A stretch of 64,000 bases of DNA from Podarcis gaigeae (Eukaryota). The number at the start of each line of letters is the position of its first letter. Position 1 is the first letter of the stretch. The stretch lies in assembly GCA_964106915.2 (NCBI GenBank), contig OZ066918.1. The stretch is one strand, 5' to 3'. Positions 1 to 13,635 of the stretch are shown in pieces. A program made the translations under genes and the position numbers. A model generated the notes under the pieces. It was not told where the DNA came from. It made no database searches and saw only the letters and a list, made by a program, of their open reading frames with translations.

Positions 1-256
1 AATCCCAACAATTGGGGCTTCAAAGTGAAGCACCTCTTGACATCAATATGGCATAAGGTGATTGACAGGTGGGTGGAAGGAGATGTGAGGGTTAGGGGTG
101 CAGAGTTGCCAAGGGAGGGTGAGACGGTTGGCAAGCTGAGCAAGCAGGGATGGAGCCCCTGGTTAATATTAGTAGTAATGGTGGTAATATAATAATATTC
201 CAGTTGTGTGCTCCCCGCAACCCACTCTTCATGGAAGTTTCACATGCGCATCTTAC

Positions 257-459
257 CTAGTTTTGGAAATACTATTAAGTATTCTGCATTGCACTGAGGA
301 CAGGCAACACGAGCTGTACTGTTCCCTCTCTGTTTTTCATCCACCCAGCGCTGTAGACAAGTTTGGTGAACCCATTTCGTAGAGCCTCTACACCTGCATG
401 GTCTCACCCACTCTGCTGTTCTGTCATCCTCATCAGTTGCAAAACACACCCAACAACTC
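257..459 (-). CDS. MARCHF5: MARCHF5 (mitochondrial RING-CH E3 ligase) coding exon 2, RING-CH domain
   Basis: Translates (R)SCWVCFATDEDDRTAEWVRPCRCRGSTKWVHQTCLQRWVDEKQRGNSTARVACPQCNAEYLIVFPKLG, a C4HC3 RING-variant recognised as MARCH5. Minus-strand acceptor tttcag at 460-465 and donor gtaaga at 251-256. 203 nt, phase 2 to phase 1. The gene continues left of the window. Confidence 0.97.
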
Positions 460-2198
460 CTGAAAGTTAAGCACAAGTGAGACATCAGAAAGCTTTAGCT
501 GTCAAGATCGTAAGAATAAAATCTCCCCAACCATTTTATTGCTAACATGTTTACCTATAAAGGGCATTTCCTAAATGCAGTGCTACTAACTCAAATTCAT
601 CAATACCATATTCTAATAGCTAGATTTAAAATAAATAAATGTGTGTGCTTAATCCTAATGCCATTTCTTAAAATCATATTTTGCATCATTCATGTCTGAA
701 GTAATTGAGGTCCATTTGCAATTTTTTTATTCATAATGTATTCCAACAAATGAACAAATTATTCTACATATAATATTGATATTTTGGTCTTTCCTGAATA
801 GGGAATGTTTACATCCTGGCAACACTTACAAATAAAGAAAAATGTGATTGTAAAATTAAGGAAGGAAATACACTTAATTCTCTTGTAGATTGCTTATTTT
901 ATTTTTAGTTATAAATGTGTTTGACAGTAATCTAGCGAAGGGAAAATTGCCCTCTTGCAATTGATCTTTCCCCTCCTGTTCAGATAACGGAGTGATTGCA
1001 TTATAAATATATCTAAGTCTGTAGAGCCCTTTGCTTTCCACAATCAATCGTAATCACAGCACTATACAGAAAATGCACAGCAAGAGAGACATACATTTCC
1101 TTTTCCAATATGGAGAGAGAAAAAATTCCACTATTCTTATCATGTCAAATCTACATAACTATGGCACTGCAACTAAGCAGAATTCTACCTTCATTCACTT
1201 CATTTCTTTCTTACTTCCGTCAAGAATATTGTTACTGGGCAGTATATAATATACTGGGCAGTATATAATAATAAATACAGCAAATAAATAAATACAAAAA
1301 TTCTAAGAACTACAACTTTTAAATGTTATTCAGGAAGAGTAGAATGATCTAGAGTTCAGAATAGGGCAGTAAGTAAATTCACAAAGAAACTGTACAGTTA
1401 ATTACAACTTTCCCACATTTGCACAGGAAACATTTCTGGCTGATTGTGTTCAAAAAATCCTGCACAGAAATGAATAAAGGCTTATTTATGTAAACTATTT
1501 TAATCCATTCCATATTTATAATCACATGATAGGACAGAAAATAATCGTATTTCTTATTTCCAAAATGCTTATCCTGCCTTTCAATGGCTAATTTGCATTC
1601 TCAGGGCATCCGAGAAACGCAAACACAAAAAACCCATCCTCATCCAGGAAAGATACACAAATAGTTGTATCAGGAGCAAAAACAACAGTAGACAATTTAC
1701 TGGGAAGATAATAAAAACTGAATCTTAAATTGAAGGCAGGGTGGACTGATCAAATCTTTCATCTTGAAATTCATCTATTTTCTGAAGCAGCATGCATACC
1801 AGTTGGGTGCTATAACAATTAAACACATTTTTCTGCAAACAAATACATTTCCAATGAACTTCAGACTTCTGCTTGTGGTATAAGGCCTTTACTTCTTCAG
1901 CTCAAACTATATCATAGAAAATAGGTCTGTATTCCTACTTACTGTTCTAAACCACTTTGGTGCCTGCCACCAGGCTCAGAATAATGGAGGCAAACCAACA
2001 AGATCTGATGGGGCACCCCTGCACAAGCATTATTTACCATTGTTATAAACCGTTTGGCACAGGATTTCCAGAGTTTATTCAAATAAAGATTTAAATATTT
2101 TAAAGTAAGCAGCACCAGCTGATGCGGCTTTTAGGAATTTTATAAATTCATGAATAAGGCCACAAGGAACTTATTTACTACCACCCTGCCCTCAATAG

Positions 2199-2402
2199 CA
2201 GGACTCAGCAAACTTTTTCAGCAGGGAGCTGGTCCACTGTCCCTCAGACCTTGTGGTGGGCCGGACTATATTTTGAAAAAAAAAAAAATGAACGAAGTCC
2301 TATGCCCCACAAATAACCCAGAGAAGCATTTTAAATAAAAGGCTGGATTAAGAAGGCGATTGGGCTGGATCCGGCCCCTGGGCCTTAGTTTGCCTATCCG
2401 TG
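2199..2402 (+). mobile_element. hAT-type MITE
   Basis: Perfect 8-bp TSD ctcaatag (2191-2198, 2403-2410), CAGG..CGTG ends, homologous to 59044-59294. Confidence 0.85.
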
Positions 2403-3789
2403 CTCAATAGCTTCAGACTTGGCAATCAACAAATTATCTTGGGAAAATCCCCTAACAAAAATTAACGTATACTCTTTCTATGGTGTATTCTATCTTATAT
2501 ACCCAATCTTAGCTATTATTATCGTTACTACCTTTATTTCACTTCAGCTCTGTCACTATTTTGTGCGCGCGTGCGTGTGTGTCTTTTGTATTCACGTCTA
2601 ACAAATGGTATTCCCTGTTTACTTTCAACCTTCCATTATTTAAGCAACACTCTCCCCCCCAAAAGAAATGATGAGACAGTGCTAAGATATTGGAACTACA
2701 CGGCAATAGAAAAGCATTTATCCAAGCTTTAAAAAAATGCATACAGGAAATAAGTTGAACAATTCAATCTTTCTTTTCACTATTACAGACGAAGTGGAGT
2801 TTCTGCACATAGACACTCACACACATCAAAAAGCAAAACACAAATAAAGTCACAAATGCAGGAACTACTAAACATCCTCACTGAAATTCGAAGAGTCTTT
2901 CGGACCAAAAATAATATCAGGCTGGTATATCAACTCTTTTACCTAGAAGACACATACATGGCATATTTCATAGCTTGCTCAAGTTACAATGTATGATGGC
3001 TACCTCTGAACTGTTAATGAGTGCAAAACTGGGCCACACAGATAAAGTTGTGACATGCCTTGGGGCAACCTGACACCCCAAGAGGTCTAAAGTTCATTTG
3101 GATGACAGGAAAAAATGACTTTACCCTTGAATTAGTTATTAAAGGCTATACTTTGAAGTATTAAAACATGTTTAATACTAGGTTATATGCTTGAAATATA
3201 TATCATTAAGACTATCAAATTCATTTTGATACAGCAATGGATCAATGTCACATACATTTTTTAAACAAGAAGTTTCATCCAATTTATTGCTCAACAGCTA
3301 TATTTTAAACAATGGATGGCCTACAAAAAGAATCACATGATATCCTTTATATTCTTAAGCCTTTAGCAAGTTATGAATAATGAATAGTAAATCCCTTGTT
3401 TTCTGTCATCAGCTTTATCTTGCTATTGACAGTAGCTACAGCAGAAAGAGCTAAATAAAACCATTGACACAAGGATCTCAGTTCTTGCCAGATTTTCCAT
3501 TTTCTTGTATTGAATAAAACATTACCCTGGTCTTAGTACAGAATCAGGTCGCTACTCAGACTGCAACCTAAAATAGAAACAGCTAGCTAGGTCAAACAAA
3601 ACATAGTTTCTGAAAACTCAACATTACTATATAAAACCAAATGAATTAGCAATAGTATACTTTCCCCAACTCTTTTCTACTTTAAGCATTTCAGAACAGA
3701 CTTATTATTTCAGTCTTGAAAATAAATATCTCTTTATTCTAGCTACTACTAGCATTCAGCTTCACTGGAGATCCACAAGTTCTAACATC

Positions 3790-4690
3790 ATGAAAGAGGA
3801 TTTTTGCATCCTGGATTTCAAGTTTCCCAAAAATGACACTGCTGTTAATTTTGAGCAGCACAGCTAGCTTAGCATCCTATTCTCACAGTGGTCATCCTGC
3901 TGGCTACAGGATGTTCCCTCTTTTAAAGTCAAATATGATCGTGTTGGACTTCCTTGGCAATTGTCCACTTACATATATGTCAAAGTTATGCAATTACTAC
4001 AGCACTTTCTTCTTCTGGATGCTTCCTTGATTTCATTCTCCATCTCAATATCATATTCACATTTTGATCAGTGGCAAAATAGTAAGCCCACTTTTGGGGC
4101 CAGGTATCATCAGCCACAGAAGCTGTGTGGACGATTCTGCCCCTTTGGGGATTTCTAGCCTGGGGACTCTACGCCCAGTGTACAGTGATGCCACCTCCAT
4201 GATGTCCTCCTTCCTGTAGAGTTTATATCCAGAAATAACCATGTCCCACTGGTTTCTCTCCGTTCCACCTGATTTCCATTATGCCCACTATATCAATGCT
4301 GTCCTCTAAGACCAAACACTCCAGTTTGCCCATCTTGGCTCAGACGTGTCTAGTAGCATTAGCACATAAACACACAAATATAGCCACTCTCTCTCCAAGT
4401 ATCTTTTGGCATGTGTGTTTTATGCTACAACATTTAGCAAGTCAGAAATGTCAGCCATGTGCCCCCTGCCCTCTTAATGCTTAGTTCTACACCTCCCCTA
4501 TTTAAATCATATTTTTCTTCATCTAGTGGGGAAGGGAACACTTCTTCTGAACCAGACCCTGTTTTGTTCCTGTCAGCTCCCCCCCCCCTACAATCAGTTT
4601 AAAAGCCACTCTGCCACCTTTTGATTTTAAATGCCAACCATCAGGTTCCGTGCCAGTTCAAGTAGAATGTATTCAAGTATGTGAGGGAAG
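3790..4690 (-). mobile_element. Degenerate CR1 LINE fragment (start of ORF2 endonuclease and upstream sequence)
   Basis: Minus strand encodes CLCANATRHV..KMGKLECLVLEDSIDIVGI and VISGYKLYRK, CR1 APE-like motifs, with stops and frameshifts. Boundaries approximate. Confidence 0.8.
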
Positions 4691-7398
4691 AGCCTGTTTT
4701 TCAATATAGGTGTGGCTCCATTTGCTCTGTGCCAGACAGCTGGCTATTACTTTGTGTCTTAAGTTCAATTGATAGGGATTTTGAAAAGTAAAATTTCAAG
4801 CGGCCCTAGATTACACCACTTTCCATCTGTTGTGCACATAACAACTAATTTCAATATTTATGACCCTGTAAGTGAGGCTCTGTGGACAAAACATCAAGAA
4901 GATAGATACTCATACCTCCCTTTTCTTAATTTCTGTATTAATCTACTGCAACGTTTATCTTAAAAGCAATCTGGGGATTTAAAGCAGTGTGAGCAACTAA
5001 ATTTTACATGGATGGTGCAGGAAGAAGAGATTCATTTAACTAGTCCTGCCAGGGGAAGCCCACACAAGGACATCTGCCAGCACAATACGGCTTTCCCCCA
5101 TCTCCTCCCCCTGGTATGGAGGAACTCCTGGAACAGCACATTAGGCGGGAAGGAAAGGGCAAATTATACCATCAAGTAAACAGAATTGCTTGCTCTGATG
5201 GAGTGTTCTGCTTAGCACAACGTTGAATTCTTCCCTGAGCCTTTTCAGAAGACACATAACCATAATTGTACAATATTAACCATTCTGTTGCACACAGAAT
5301 GTACAGCAAAAGAATGCTTAATCTTTTTTATACAGAATGAGTGGCATCCTACATTTCTTCTAGCATAAGGAATTTTAGCTGAGCAGTGGAACTTTCCTGC
5401 CCTCATCTCTGGCCCATGGACCCCAGAAACATGCTCCAAATGGTTGAGGAAATCCCCAGAACAGATTTAGAGGGTGCACAGGGAAAGAGGGGGGAAGTTC
5501 TGTTGTATAGTTAAAAGTCTTTCTACTAGTAGAACTATTTCGCTGGATGCATCATTTGCTTTTCAAAATTAATGTTGTTCTAAACTCTCAATGTTTTCTA
5601 TTTTCTGTGAGATTACAGTACTGACATATTTGCCTGACTTCTGCAGTTTGACACGCAAAACGTCGTTTTAATTAGATACACAACTGGTCAGTAAAGGGGA
5701 AGAACTAGAAGCATCTTAGGAAACCAAGGTAGGGTTATTACTGGACAAATTTCACAAGATCTGTATGAAGATATTCCAAACAAGATATTATTGATTAGGT
5801 TGAACTATAGTAATGAATGTTTGCCTTTAGTGGAATTGCAAAAGGTCTTACGTAAACAAAAGGTAGGTGTGTATAGGATTGCCGTTAAGTACTTAATCTT
5901 GACACTATTTAAAGACTCTACAATGTTTCCTTATCATATTGCACCACTAGACTAGAATTTTATGCCTTGTCACTGCTACTTACACAACTTCACTAATCAG
6001 CCACTCTTCGTCTGTGTGCACCAACCATCATGTTCACTCATCTTGTGAGTGGAAAGAGGAAGTAGAAAGTGCCTTTTTTGCTCTTAAATAATTCTGCCAC
6101 TTGAAGCAGACCTTCCTCTTTGTGAACATGTAGGCAAATAATTCAAATACTACTGGTTGATTGTGTAAATGGCTTAGGGCATTTGTTTTCTCCTTCCGTG
6201 GGTGGCAATTAATTCTAGCAACTGCAGAACTGCTACTCCCAATAATTAAATTTTCTGTTTCCACATATAGAAACTACTTCTAGTAACTGCAGTTGTGCCT
6301 AAAAATTCCTTTCTTTATTGAGCACACGGATTGTTGTTTAAATTAGCATACAGAGAACAAAAAAATGCCTCCAAATTAATTTTTAAAACGAGAACTACTT
6401 TTTCTGGAAAAAGAACATTAAAATCAACATAAGAGCATATAAGATAAAGTTTTAAAGTATTTATGCCTTGTACTTTAAAAGATTTATTAAGATATATATT
6501 TATAACAAAAAACATTTATCTCCAATTTCATTTACTATCCTACAATAATATGAGAAGAATTAACATGTCCTTATGACATCAATTGCCCCTGCAGCAAATA
6601 GCACACCACCACTGAATTTTAATGTGAGTGATCATTGCCCCCCTTTTTTCCACCGTATAATAATTTTCAAATACACAACTTCTGCCAACACTTACAGATG
6701 AATGTCTATTTAGAAGCAATTCTCCTAAAAGTCCACCAAGCTTACTCCCAGGGAAGTGCTTTAAAATTTAAGCTAATCAATACTTATTCTCTATTGAATG
6801 GCAAATCTTGTTTTCTTTTAATGAAAAAACACTGTCACTCCCATTTTGGAGAGAAAAATGCTATTGTGCCTCTATACGTGCAGGTATCCATGGTACATTA
6901 CAAACATGATGGAAGGGCTGCTGAATGTCTGCACTTCCACTAGGAAACAGACACAGGCAAACATCTGAACCAGGCCAAAAGTCACCAGGGGGAGAGAAGT
7001 AACCTAAGGCAGGTTTCCCCAAGCTGGTGTCCTCCAGAAGTTTTGAGGTCTACAATTTGAGCATGGCCAACAGTGAGGAGTGATACGGGTTGTAGTATAA
7101 CACTTTGTATGGGGCAGGGGGGAAAACCAGGCTGGGGATCTTCTCCTCAGTTTTTCTCTATGTCATAGGAGGCTATTTCCACATTAGAGAAGTCAATAAA
7201 AGATGAAGAAGGGCTGCAGGAGAGACAGATGTTAGAATTTGCTGGCAAAGCATAACTCCTGAACTTTGGTTCAGTCATCATCCACTGCATTCAGTGGGGC
7301 ATTCTACATCTGTGTATAGAACTGTGACCTAAGTAGCCTTGGACAAGCCACTCTCTCTCAGCAGCAGTGATCCATCTGAACTATGGAGATACAACTTT

Positions 7399-7680
7399 TG
7401 TCCACAGACAGCTTTCCAGGTCATGTGGCCAGCATGATTAAACCGCTGCTGGTGCACAGAGAAACATGACGAATGCCAGAGCGCATGGAAATGCCTTTTA
7501 CCTTCCCGCCACAGCAGTACCTATTTATCTACTTGCACTGGTATGCTTTCGAACTGCTAGGTTGGCAGAAGCTGGGACAGAACAATGGGAGCTAACCCCA
7601 TTGCAGATTCAAATCGCTGACCTTCTGATCGGCAAGCCCAAGAGGCTCAAAGGTTTAGACCACAGTGCCACCCGCATCCC
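7399..7680 (-). mobile_element. Sauria SINE, diverged and 3'-truncated
   Basis: Core cctatttatctacttgcac..tgctttcgaactgctaggttggcag and tRNA-derived head shared with the other copies. Confidence 0.85.
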
Positions 7681-7884
7681 TTATCAGGTTACATATATCA
7701 GGTAAATTAAGGTAGTTTGCTGCATGTAATGTAAGTTGCCTTACTAACTCCCAACATTCATTTAAAAAAGGCATTCCTACCACAAAGATAGGCAAGGCAA
7801 CAACTTTCCAAAAGAGAGTGATTCCCCTGTATTCACTAAGAAAGACTCATTTCTAAATATGATAAATGAAGATCAACTACATTG

Positions 7885-8021
7885 CAGTGCTTTTCCCCCC
7901 AGGGGGTACTCAAGGGTACACAGTACCAGCACCTCTTTTGTTGTTGTTAAGAAGTGTGGCACTTATTGTAACAACTTCATGGTGAGAACCAGCACCTATT
8001 TTTCTAGAAAAAAAAGCACTG
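7885..8021. mobile_element. Short hAT-type MITE
   Basis: TIRs cagtgctttt / aaaagcactg and 8-bp TSD ctacattg / gtacattg (one mismatch). Confidence 0.75.
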
Positions 8022-8415
8022 GTACATTGGCATTTGCCTCTCCAAAATTTCATTTAGCATTCTCTTTGTTTAGTTAAGTCAATGCTAATTAAAACTTCAG
8101 GAGTTTTGCACAACGGCTAACATGAACTAAAAGCAAGCAAATTCTATTTGGCTATACTATATACTATTTAGCCTAAATAGTATGAACTTAGAAGTCTTCT
8201 TTAAAAACCAGTGGAAACCATTTCCATCAAGGTGGTACAATAAAGAATTATCCTTATGCTGTATCTCTCATTTTGTGGATACAAACCAACAGCAATATCC
8301 CAAGCAACTAGTATTGTACACTATACAACTTCTGCCAATAGCTCATGACAGTGTTTCTTCTTGATTTGTTAATACACTTCAAACAATGTGACCAAAAAAT
8401 CCACTTATCTATTAA

Positions 8416-9300
8416 GTTGGCATCTGTCTTGTCTCCAGAGCCAATAGAATGTGTATCCAGGGGTGCAGTCAAACCACTGGAGAATCACAGTGCCTGTTAT
8501 GGCTGCAGAAACCAGTAACTCATAACTGCCGAGTTCTGCACTGCTTTTGCTGTGTTAGCAGCACCTAAGTGACCTCTCTGGTGCGAAAGCCTGGGCAGTG
8601 TGTATGGAGGTCCTGGGCTGCCCAGATAATAAAGACCCCCCTCTTGGCCTCACTGATGTGGTCCAAAGGAAAACAGAGCAATACATTTGGCATCAGCTTG
8701 GATGCAGGAGTTGCTGGAAGGATGCATACAAGACACCATCTAACTGTCTTAGGGACTCCACTCTGGATTTGTGTAGGGTTGGCTCCTTGGCCTTTTCATC
8801 TTTCATCACAAGGCAGCGGGTACAGATTTTTCCTCAGGGTTTACTCCCAAAGCCTTTCTTATGGATGAGTATAGCTGCAAGGCAATGGAGGTTTCAATCA
8901 GGTTTTCCTTTTCCTTAATGGCCTACCTTACCAGGTTGATGAGCCATCTGCCCCTCACCTCCCACTACAGCATGTGCAGAAACCACCTTCTTGACTGTTG
9001 GATCCACTATTTGTCTTATCCACTCAATCCACTAACACCTGTCTTGACGTGCAGGGGAAGTCCTTAACACACTGAGGGTTTGAGACCCATTGGCTACCCT
9101 CAGCTGTTTTAGCCAGCCAGCTGAAGCCATTTCCTGAGGTGTGGCCACTGCTGCATGCTGACAGCTTCTAAGAGCCACAGGTGAGAGCTGACTGAGTGCA
9201 GGATGGGAACCAAAGGTGGACAAACCACCCCAGACAGCATGATGTGTTCCCCACCAGAGGTACTACCCCTCCTCCAACAGCCCATATCAACACCCAGTAT
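8416..9300 (-). mobile_element. Non-autonomous RTE-like retroposon (5'UTR-like part joined to RTE-like 3' tail, no ORF)
   Basis: Homologous to 13636-14070. The minus-strand end gagacaagacagatgccaac resembles RTE 3' termini. Family assignment from recall. Confidence 0.6.
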
Positions 9301-10627
9301 CAATCCCTTATATCCAGTAACTACAATACAGGCAACACATGATTTGTGTGGGACTTGCATTCTGGGTCATCACACGCGACGGCGGAGCATGCATATGCCT
9401 GCTTCGCTCCTGTCCCCTTTCCAGCCACTTCCAGGTTGCTGCAATGCCCTATCATGGTCGTGCATCAATTGGACACACATAAATTCATTGTTGCCTATAT
9501 TATTGGAATGCAATTAAATGAGACTGTGGTTCCTCAATTGACTAATGTAACCATTTTGCCTTACTCAAGTCAATAGGGCTGTTCTCAAAGATACGGGAAT
9601 TTACCTTCTGTTACTAAGTGAAAAAAAGCACAGGCTAAGTCTGGGTTATTTCCATTATCATGCCACCTACCACAACAGAAAAGCAATATACTTTATATAG
9701 AATTACTAACAGGACCCGTCTCTTACATGTTATTACTGTAGATAAAAGGTAAGCCAACAAAAACTGTGGAACTACAGTGATCACTGTAGCAGTACACAAT
9801 ATGGAATGAAAAGATAGTACAGCAACCCATAGTCATATAGCTGGATCTCAACTCTACAAGAATCCTTTGAAAAGTTGTCCCAACCCTCCACATACTAGGT
9901 TTCTAACTTAATCTTTATTCTCTGCTTCTCCCCTGCAACCACAAAGCCAGAACAGTAGCACTCCTGTCCTTCTGGGCCACAGAATTCAAACTCTTTTGGA
10001 ATGAAGGCCTGGGGACTCTGAAGTAGTCAGTGCTGAAGGATAGTGACAAAGACATAGAAAAGGTTACTTGGACATGCAATGGTAGTATGAGCACAAGGTT
10101 GCTCCATGTGGTGGAAACATCCATGATCACAACTCATTGTTTTCTATGCAAGATCTGTAAGCTACTAAAATAGGGGTTGTGGGTGTTGACATAGATGTTT
10201 TTAACAGCACTGTAGGGGCTACTAATTTTACGATTACTGCAAGGTGAACTTAGCGACAGTTTCTACTGGAAGACATTTAACAGCAAACGGTGCGTGTGTG
10301 TGTTATGTGGGCCCAAGGCCTCATTAACCCTCAGAATGCTCATGGTGGGGGCAAAGCAGCAACTCTCCAACCCCCCCCCCAAAAGACACAAACAGCCCTG
10401 CGTTTCTTTTTGTGCCCTCGTTGCCACATCCGCTCAGGCCTTGGGCAAGCAGCTCCCCTCAAATTCCCCCCGTGACTTTCTGCACGCATATAGGCCGTGG
10501 CGGCCCAGGATGGTGCGGTGCCTCCACGCGTCCCTTCGACCTGGTTCCTGCTCCAAAATCACCCCCTCAAGGCGCACCTGGAAACGGGCCCGCCTGACCT
10601 CCCGCAGCTCCGCTTCTTTCCCCGTAC

Positions 10628-10671
10628 CTGTCCATGGTCTGCGGTATCAGCAAGCCCGTCTGCTCCGACAT
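10628..10671 (-). CDS. MARCHF5: MARCHF5 coding part of exon 1 (MSEQTGLLIPQTMD-R)
   Basis: ATG at 10671-10669 inside the CpG island. The 44 nt end AG|gtacgg; phase 2 matches exon 2 (AG+G = Arg), giving ...MDR-SCWVC, comparable to mammalian ...MLDR-SCWVC. Confidence 0.9.
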
Positions 10672-11020
10672 CCTCTCCGGGTGCGGGGAGCCCGGGGGCT
10701 CGGCTACGACAGGCGCCAGGAGCCGGTCGGGGGAAGCAAGGCCCAGAGCCTGCCGCCAAGGAGGAGGAAGCGGCAGGAGGCTCACCTTCTGAGCGGCGAC
10801 AGGCCCCTTTGACTAGACGGCGACCTAGGCCGGTAAAGGGGGGGGGGGGCAAGCAGAGCGAGAGGCACAACAGATCCGCAGCCTCGGAGCGGGCGAGGGG
10901 GCGGGGAGGAGCGAGGGCAACTGCGCACGCGCGGGGCCCTCTTACCTCACAGAGGAACCGCCGCTGCGCCTGGTTCCCTTCTCGCCCACTCCGAGCTGAG
11001 ATACCGCAGAGCGCGCCCAA

Positions 11021-11042
11021 GGCACCATGGGAGATGTAGTTC
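11021..11042 (-). promoter_or_regulatory. ZNF143/THAP11 SBS-type motif
   Basis: Reverse complement reads GAACTACATCTCCCATGGTGCC, matching ACTACAnnTCCCA, a motif typical of vertebrate bidirectional promoters. Confidence 0.75.
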
Positions 11043-11149
11043 CCGCTCTTCGACGGCCCTGAGGGGGGGATTTAAATTCCCCTTTCCCTCCCCCTCCCAA
11101 CCCCCTCGCCCCTGCCGCCTTCTTCTCCTTCTTCTAACGGCGCGCTCGC

Positions 11150-11288
11150 TCGCGACAGTTGCTCGTTGCCCTGCTCCACCTCGCCCGCCGCCGCCGCCGC
11201 TGCGTGAGAGCGCGGGCGGGCCGGCCGGGGTTGGGGTTTTGCCTTCGGCTGGGGGAGCGGCGAGATGGCTACGCTCGCTGAGGGAAAG
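11150..11288 (+). other. CPEB3: Probable CPEB3 first (5'UTR) exon; start approximate
   Basis: GC-rich segment downstream of the SBS motif ending in candidate donor AAG|gtcagc (GT at 11289-11290). Inferred from position only. Confidence 0.5.
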
Positions 11289-12978
11289 GTCAGCACACAC
11301 CTCGACGCTGTCAATTCTTGCTCCTTACCCTCCCTCCCTTCCTTGGGGAGGAGGAAACAGAGAGAGATGGGCGAGTGTTTCCACAACTCTCATTTCCCCC
11401 GCTCCCTGTGCGGAGACGGTGGTGGGCTGAGGTGGGGTGGGGAGAGGTATTTTTCGGTTACATCGTCACATTGAAGCTCCTTCGGCCCCCTTTGCCTTGC
11501 CTTCCCCACTGGTACAGGTGCGCCTCCTTTGTCCCAGGGCATTCAGCGCGGGGGGGGCCAACTCTCTCCCATCCCCCCCCTCGTCACAGACGTCCTTTTG
11601 GGGCAAAGGGGTGGCTGGGCTGTGACTCCTTGACTGACTGTGCTCGCTTAAAGAACTTCATGTACAGTATATTTGTTTGTTACCTTGATCTACTTAGCCT
11701 TTCCTCCAGGAGGCTTTTCCCTCTGCGCAAATGGTCCTTCGAGCTCCCTGCCCCACACTTTTATCCTTCAAACTCCCCTATGAGGTAGGTTAGGCTGGGG
11801 GGGGGGGGGGACTGGTCCATGGTCACCAAGTGAGTTTCCCAGCTGTACTAGCCAAAACCACTATAGAGAATGGCTACTTTTCTTGCCAAAATATGACAAT
11901 TGCCGCTGCCACCATCACCACCCTGCCACAAAAAAGGTCACCTGCCTCAACAAAAGGCAATAAGCAAATACGCTTTGAGTATGTGTTGTGAGTTGGTTAA
12001 TAATATGCTTTTCATGAGTTTTGTGGCTTCTCCACATCTTTTTTTATTGGGGAGGCTGCGGCTGTAATTGAAACCAACATTTTATTATTGCTGTGTTTCT
12101 CAACCTCAGTTTCTGAGTCAACAGAAGTACCATTCAAGAGACTTTTCTCCTGGGAAGAGGGTGCTGGAGCTTGGAGACATTTTTGTAAAAGATTATTGTT
12201 TGCGTACCAGTATTCATGTTGAGTAAAGGGGACAAACACCCAGGCTCTAAATTTATGTGAAAATGTTACAAATTTGAAGTATGGTGTAACTAAGTAACCT
12301 AACCAATTGGGGCCTACTTTCTATAATGTTCTGTAAAGTAGCCAAAGGAATGCTGCCACTTTTTAACCTTTTATTTTTTTCAATATTTTGATTAAACATG
12401 CAGATTAGCATATAGACAATGATAACCAAGTACATAGATATGATATAGAAATAAGTAACAACATACTTCTTTTAGGGGGATTTAGAGAAATGGGAGTACA
12501 TGCATCACTGTGGCTGGTCAAGTTAGTTAAGGCTGCAACCGCTGAACCAGCTGAAGCTGGTGAAAACATTTCTGGCACCTAATGTCACTTGTGTCTCCAA
12601 ACAGCACTGAAACTTTGTAACTAGCTCTTCAAGAAGAGTGTGACCCCATCCAGAGTCAAATCTAAACATTCTAATCACTAGATTTTCCAAACCATGATAT
12701 TTAAGAAAAACCTGGATTTTTTTTTTTTTACTTTGTTAGCCCTCATCCATTCCAGTCCTGTAATCAGACTGGAACCTGCTGAGGTGTTTCCACACTGGAA
12801 TTAGAAGGTGAAAAAGTGGTAGAGCTATCCACATATTGATAATATTGCTGCTCAAACAACTGGATCACAACACCATAATTTCTGACTCAACAAAACACTT
12901 CTGTGCAAAAATTGTCTTTTTGCTTCAAAATTGGTGCACTCTACAAATGTGAAAACTTAAAATTAGTCAGTTCCTAAT

Positions 12979-13243
12979 GGCTCCTGTTGCTAGGTCCCTG
13001 CTCCTGCTACCCTAGCAGTTCAAAAGCATGTCAAAGTGCAAGTAGATAAATAGGTACCGCTCCGGTGGGAAGGTAAACGGCAGTTCCGTGCGCTGCTCTG
13101 GTTCGCCAGAAGCGGCTTAGTCATGGTGGCCACATGACCCGGAAGCTGTATGCCGGCTCCCTTGGCCAATAAAGCGAGATGAGCGCTGCAACCCCAGAGT
13201 CGTCCGTGACTGAACCTAATGGTCAGGGGTCCCTTTACCTTTA
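12979..13243 (+). mobile_element. Sauria SINE, 5'-truncated, plus orientation
   Basis: gtgcaagtagataaataggtacc core and cctttaccttt tail; same subfamily as 53808-54153. Confidence 0.9.
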
Positions 13244-13635
13244 ATGTTTCTGTTTGGTTAATTTTATGAAATAATTAAACTCCATTACTTCTCCCTGATA
13301 ATTTATCTCCTATCAATTATAATTTGTATATAGTAATTTATACTGGTTTTGCAATTGTTAAACATGGCAGAACTACAAAGTGGGATGCAATAATTTGTAT
13401 AACAATTTAGCTATTAGGGTTTGTCACAATTCTTAGTTATTTCTGTCTGCAGATTGGAGTTGCTTTGGGAATCATGCTAGTGGTATACTACAGAATGCTA
13501 GAAGTGTAACCTTCTGATACAGTACATTGTTTTGCTCCATTTAAAGCTGCTTGTTAGCATTCATTTGTTTTCCTATTAACTGATAGTTTTGTATATTTTG
13601 AATATTAGCATTTAGCTTGCAGCATTGAGAATGAG

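Larger units (their letters stand above)
10400..11650. promoter_or_regulatory. CpG island / bidirectional promoter shared by MARCHF5 (-) and CPEB3 (+)
   Basis: Sharp GC and CpG enrichment against AT-rich flanks. Lies between divergent genes and contains GC boxes, an NRF1-like TGCGCACGCGC (10922-10932), a (GCC)n run (about 11186-11200) and G-runs. Confidence 0.9.

Noticed and set aside
10290-11788. Several overlapping 100-180 aa ORFs
   Set aside because: Stop-poor GC-rich CpG island; low-complexity translations with no recognisable domain.
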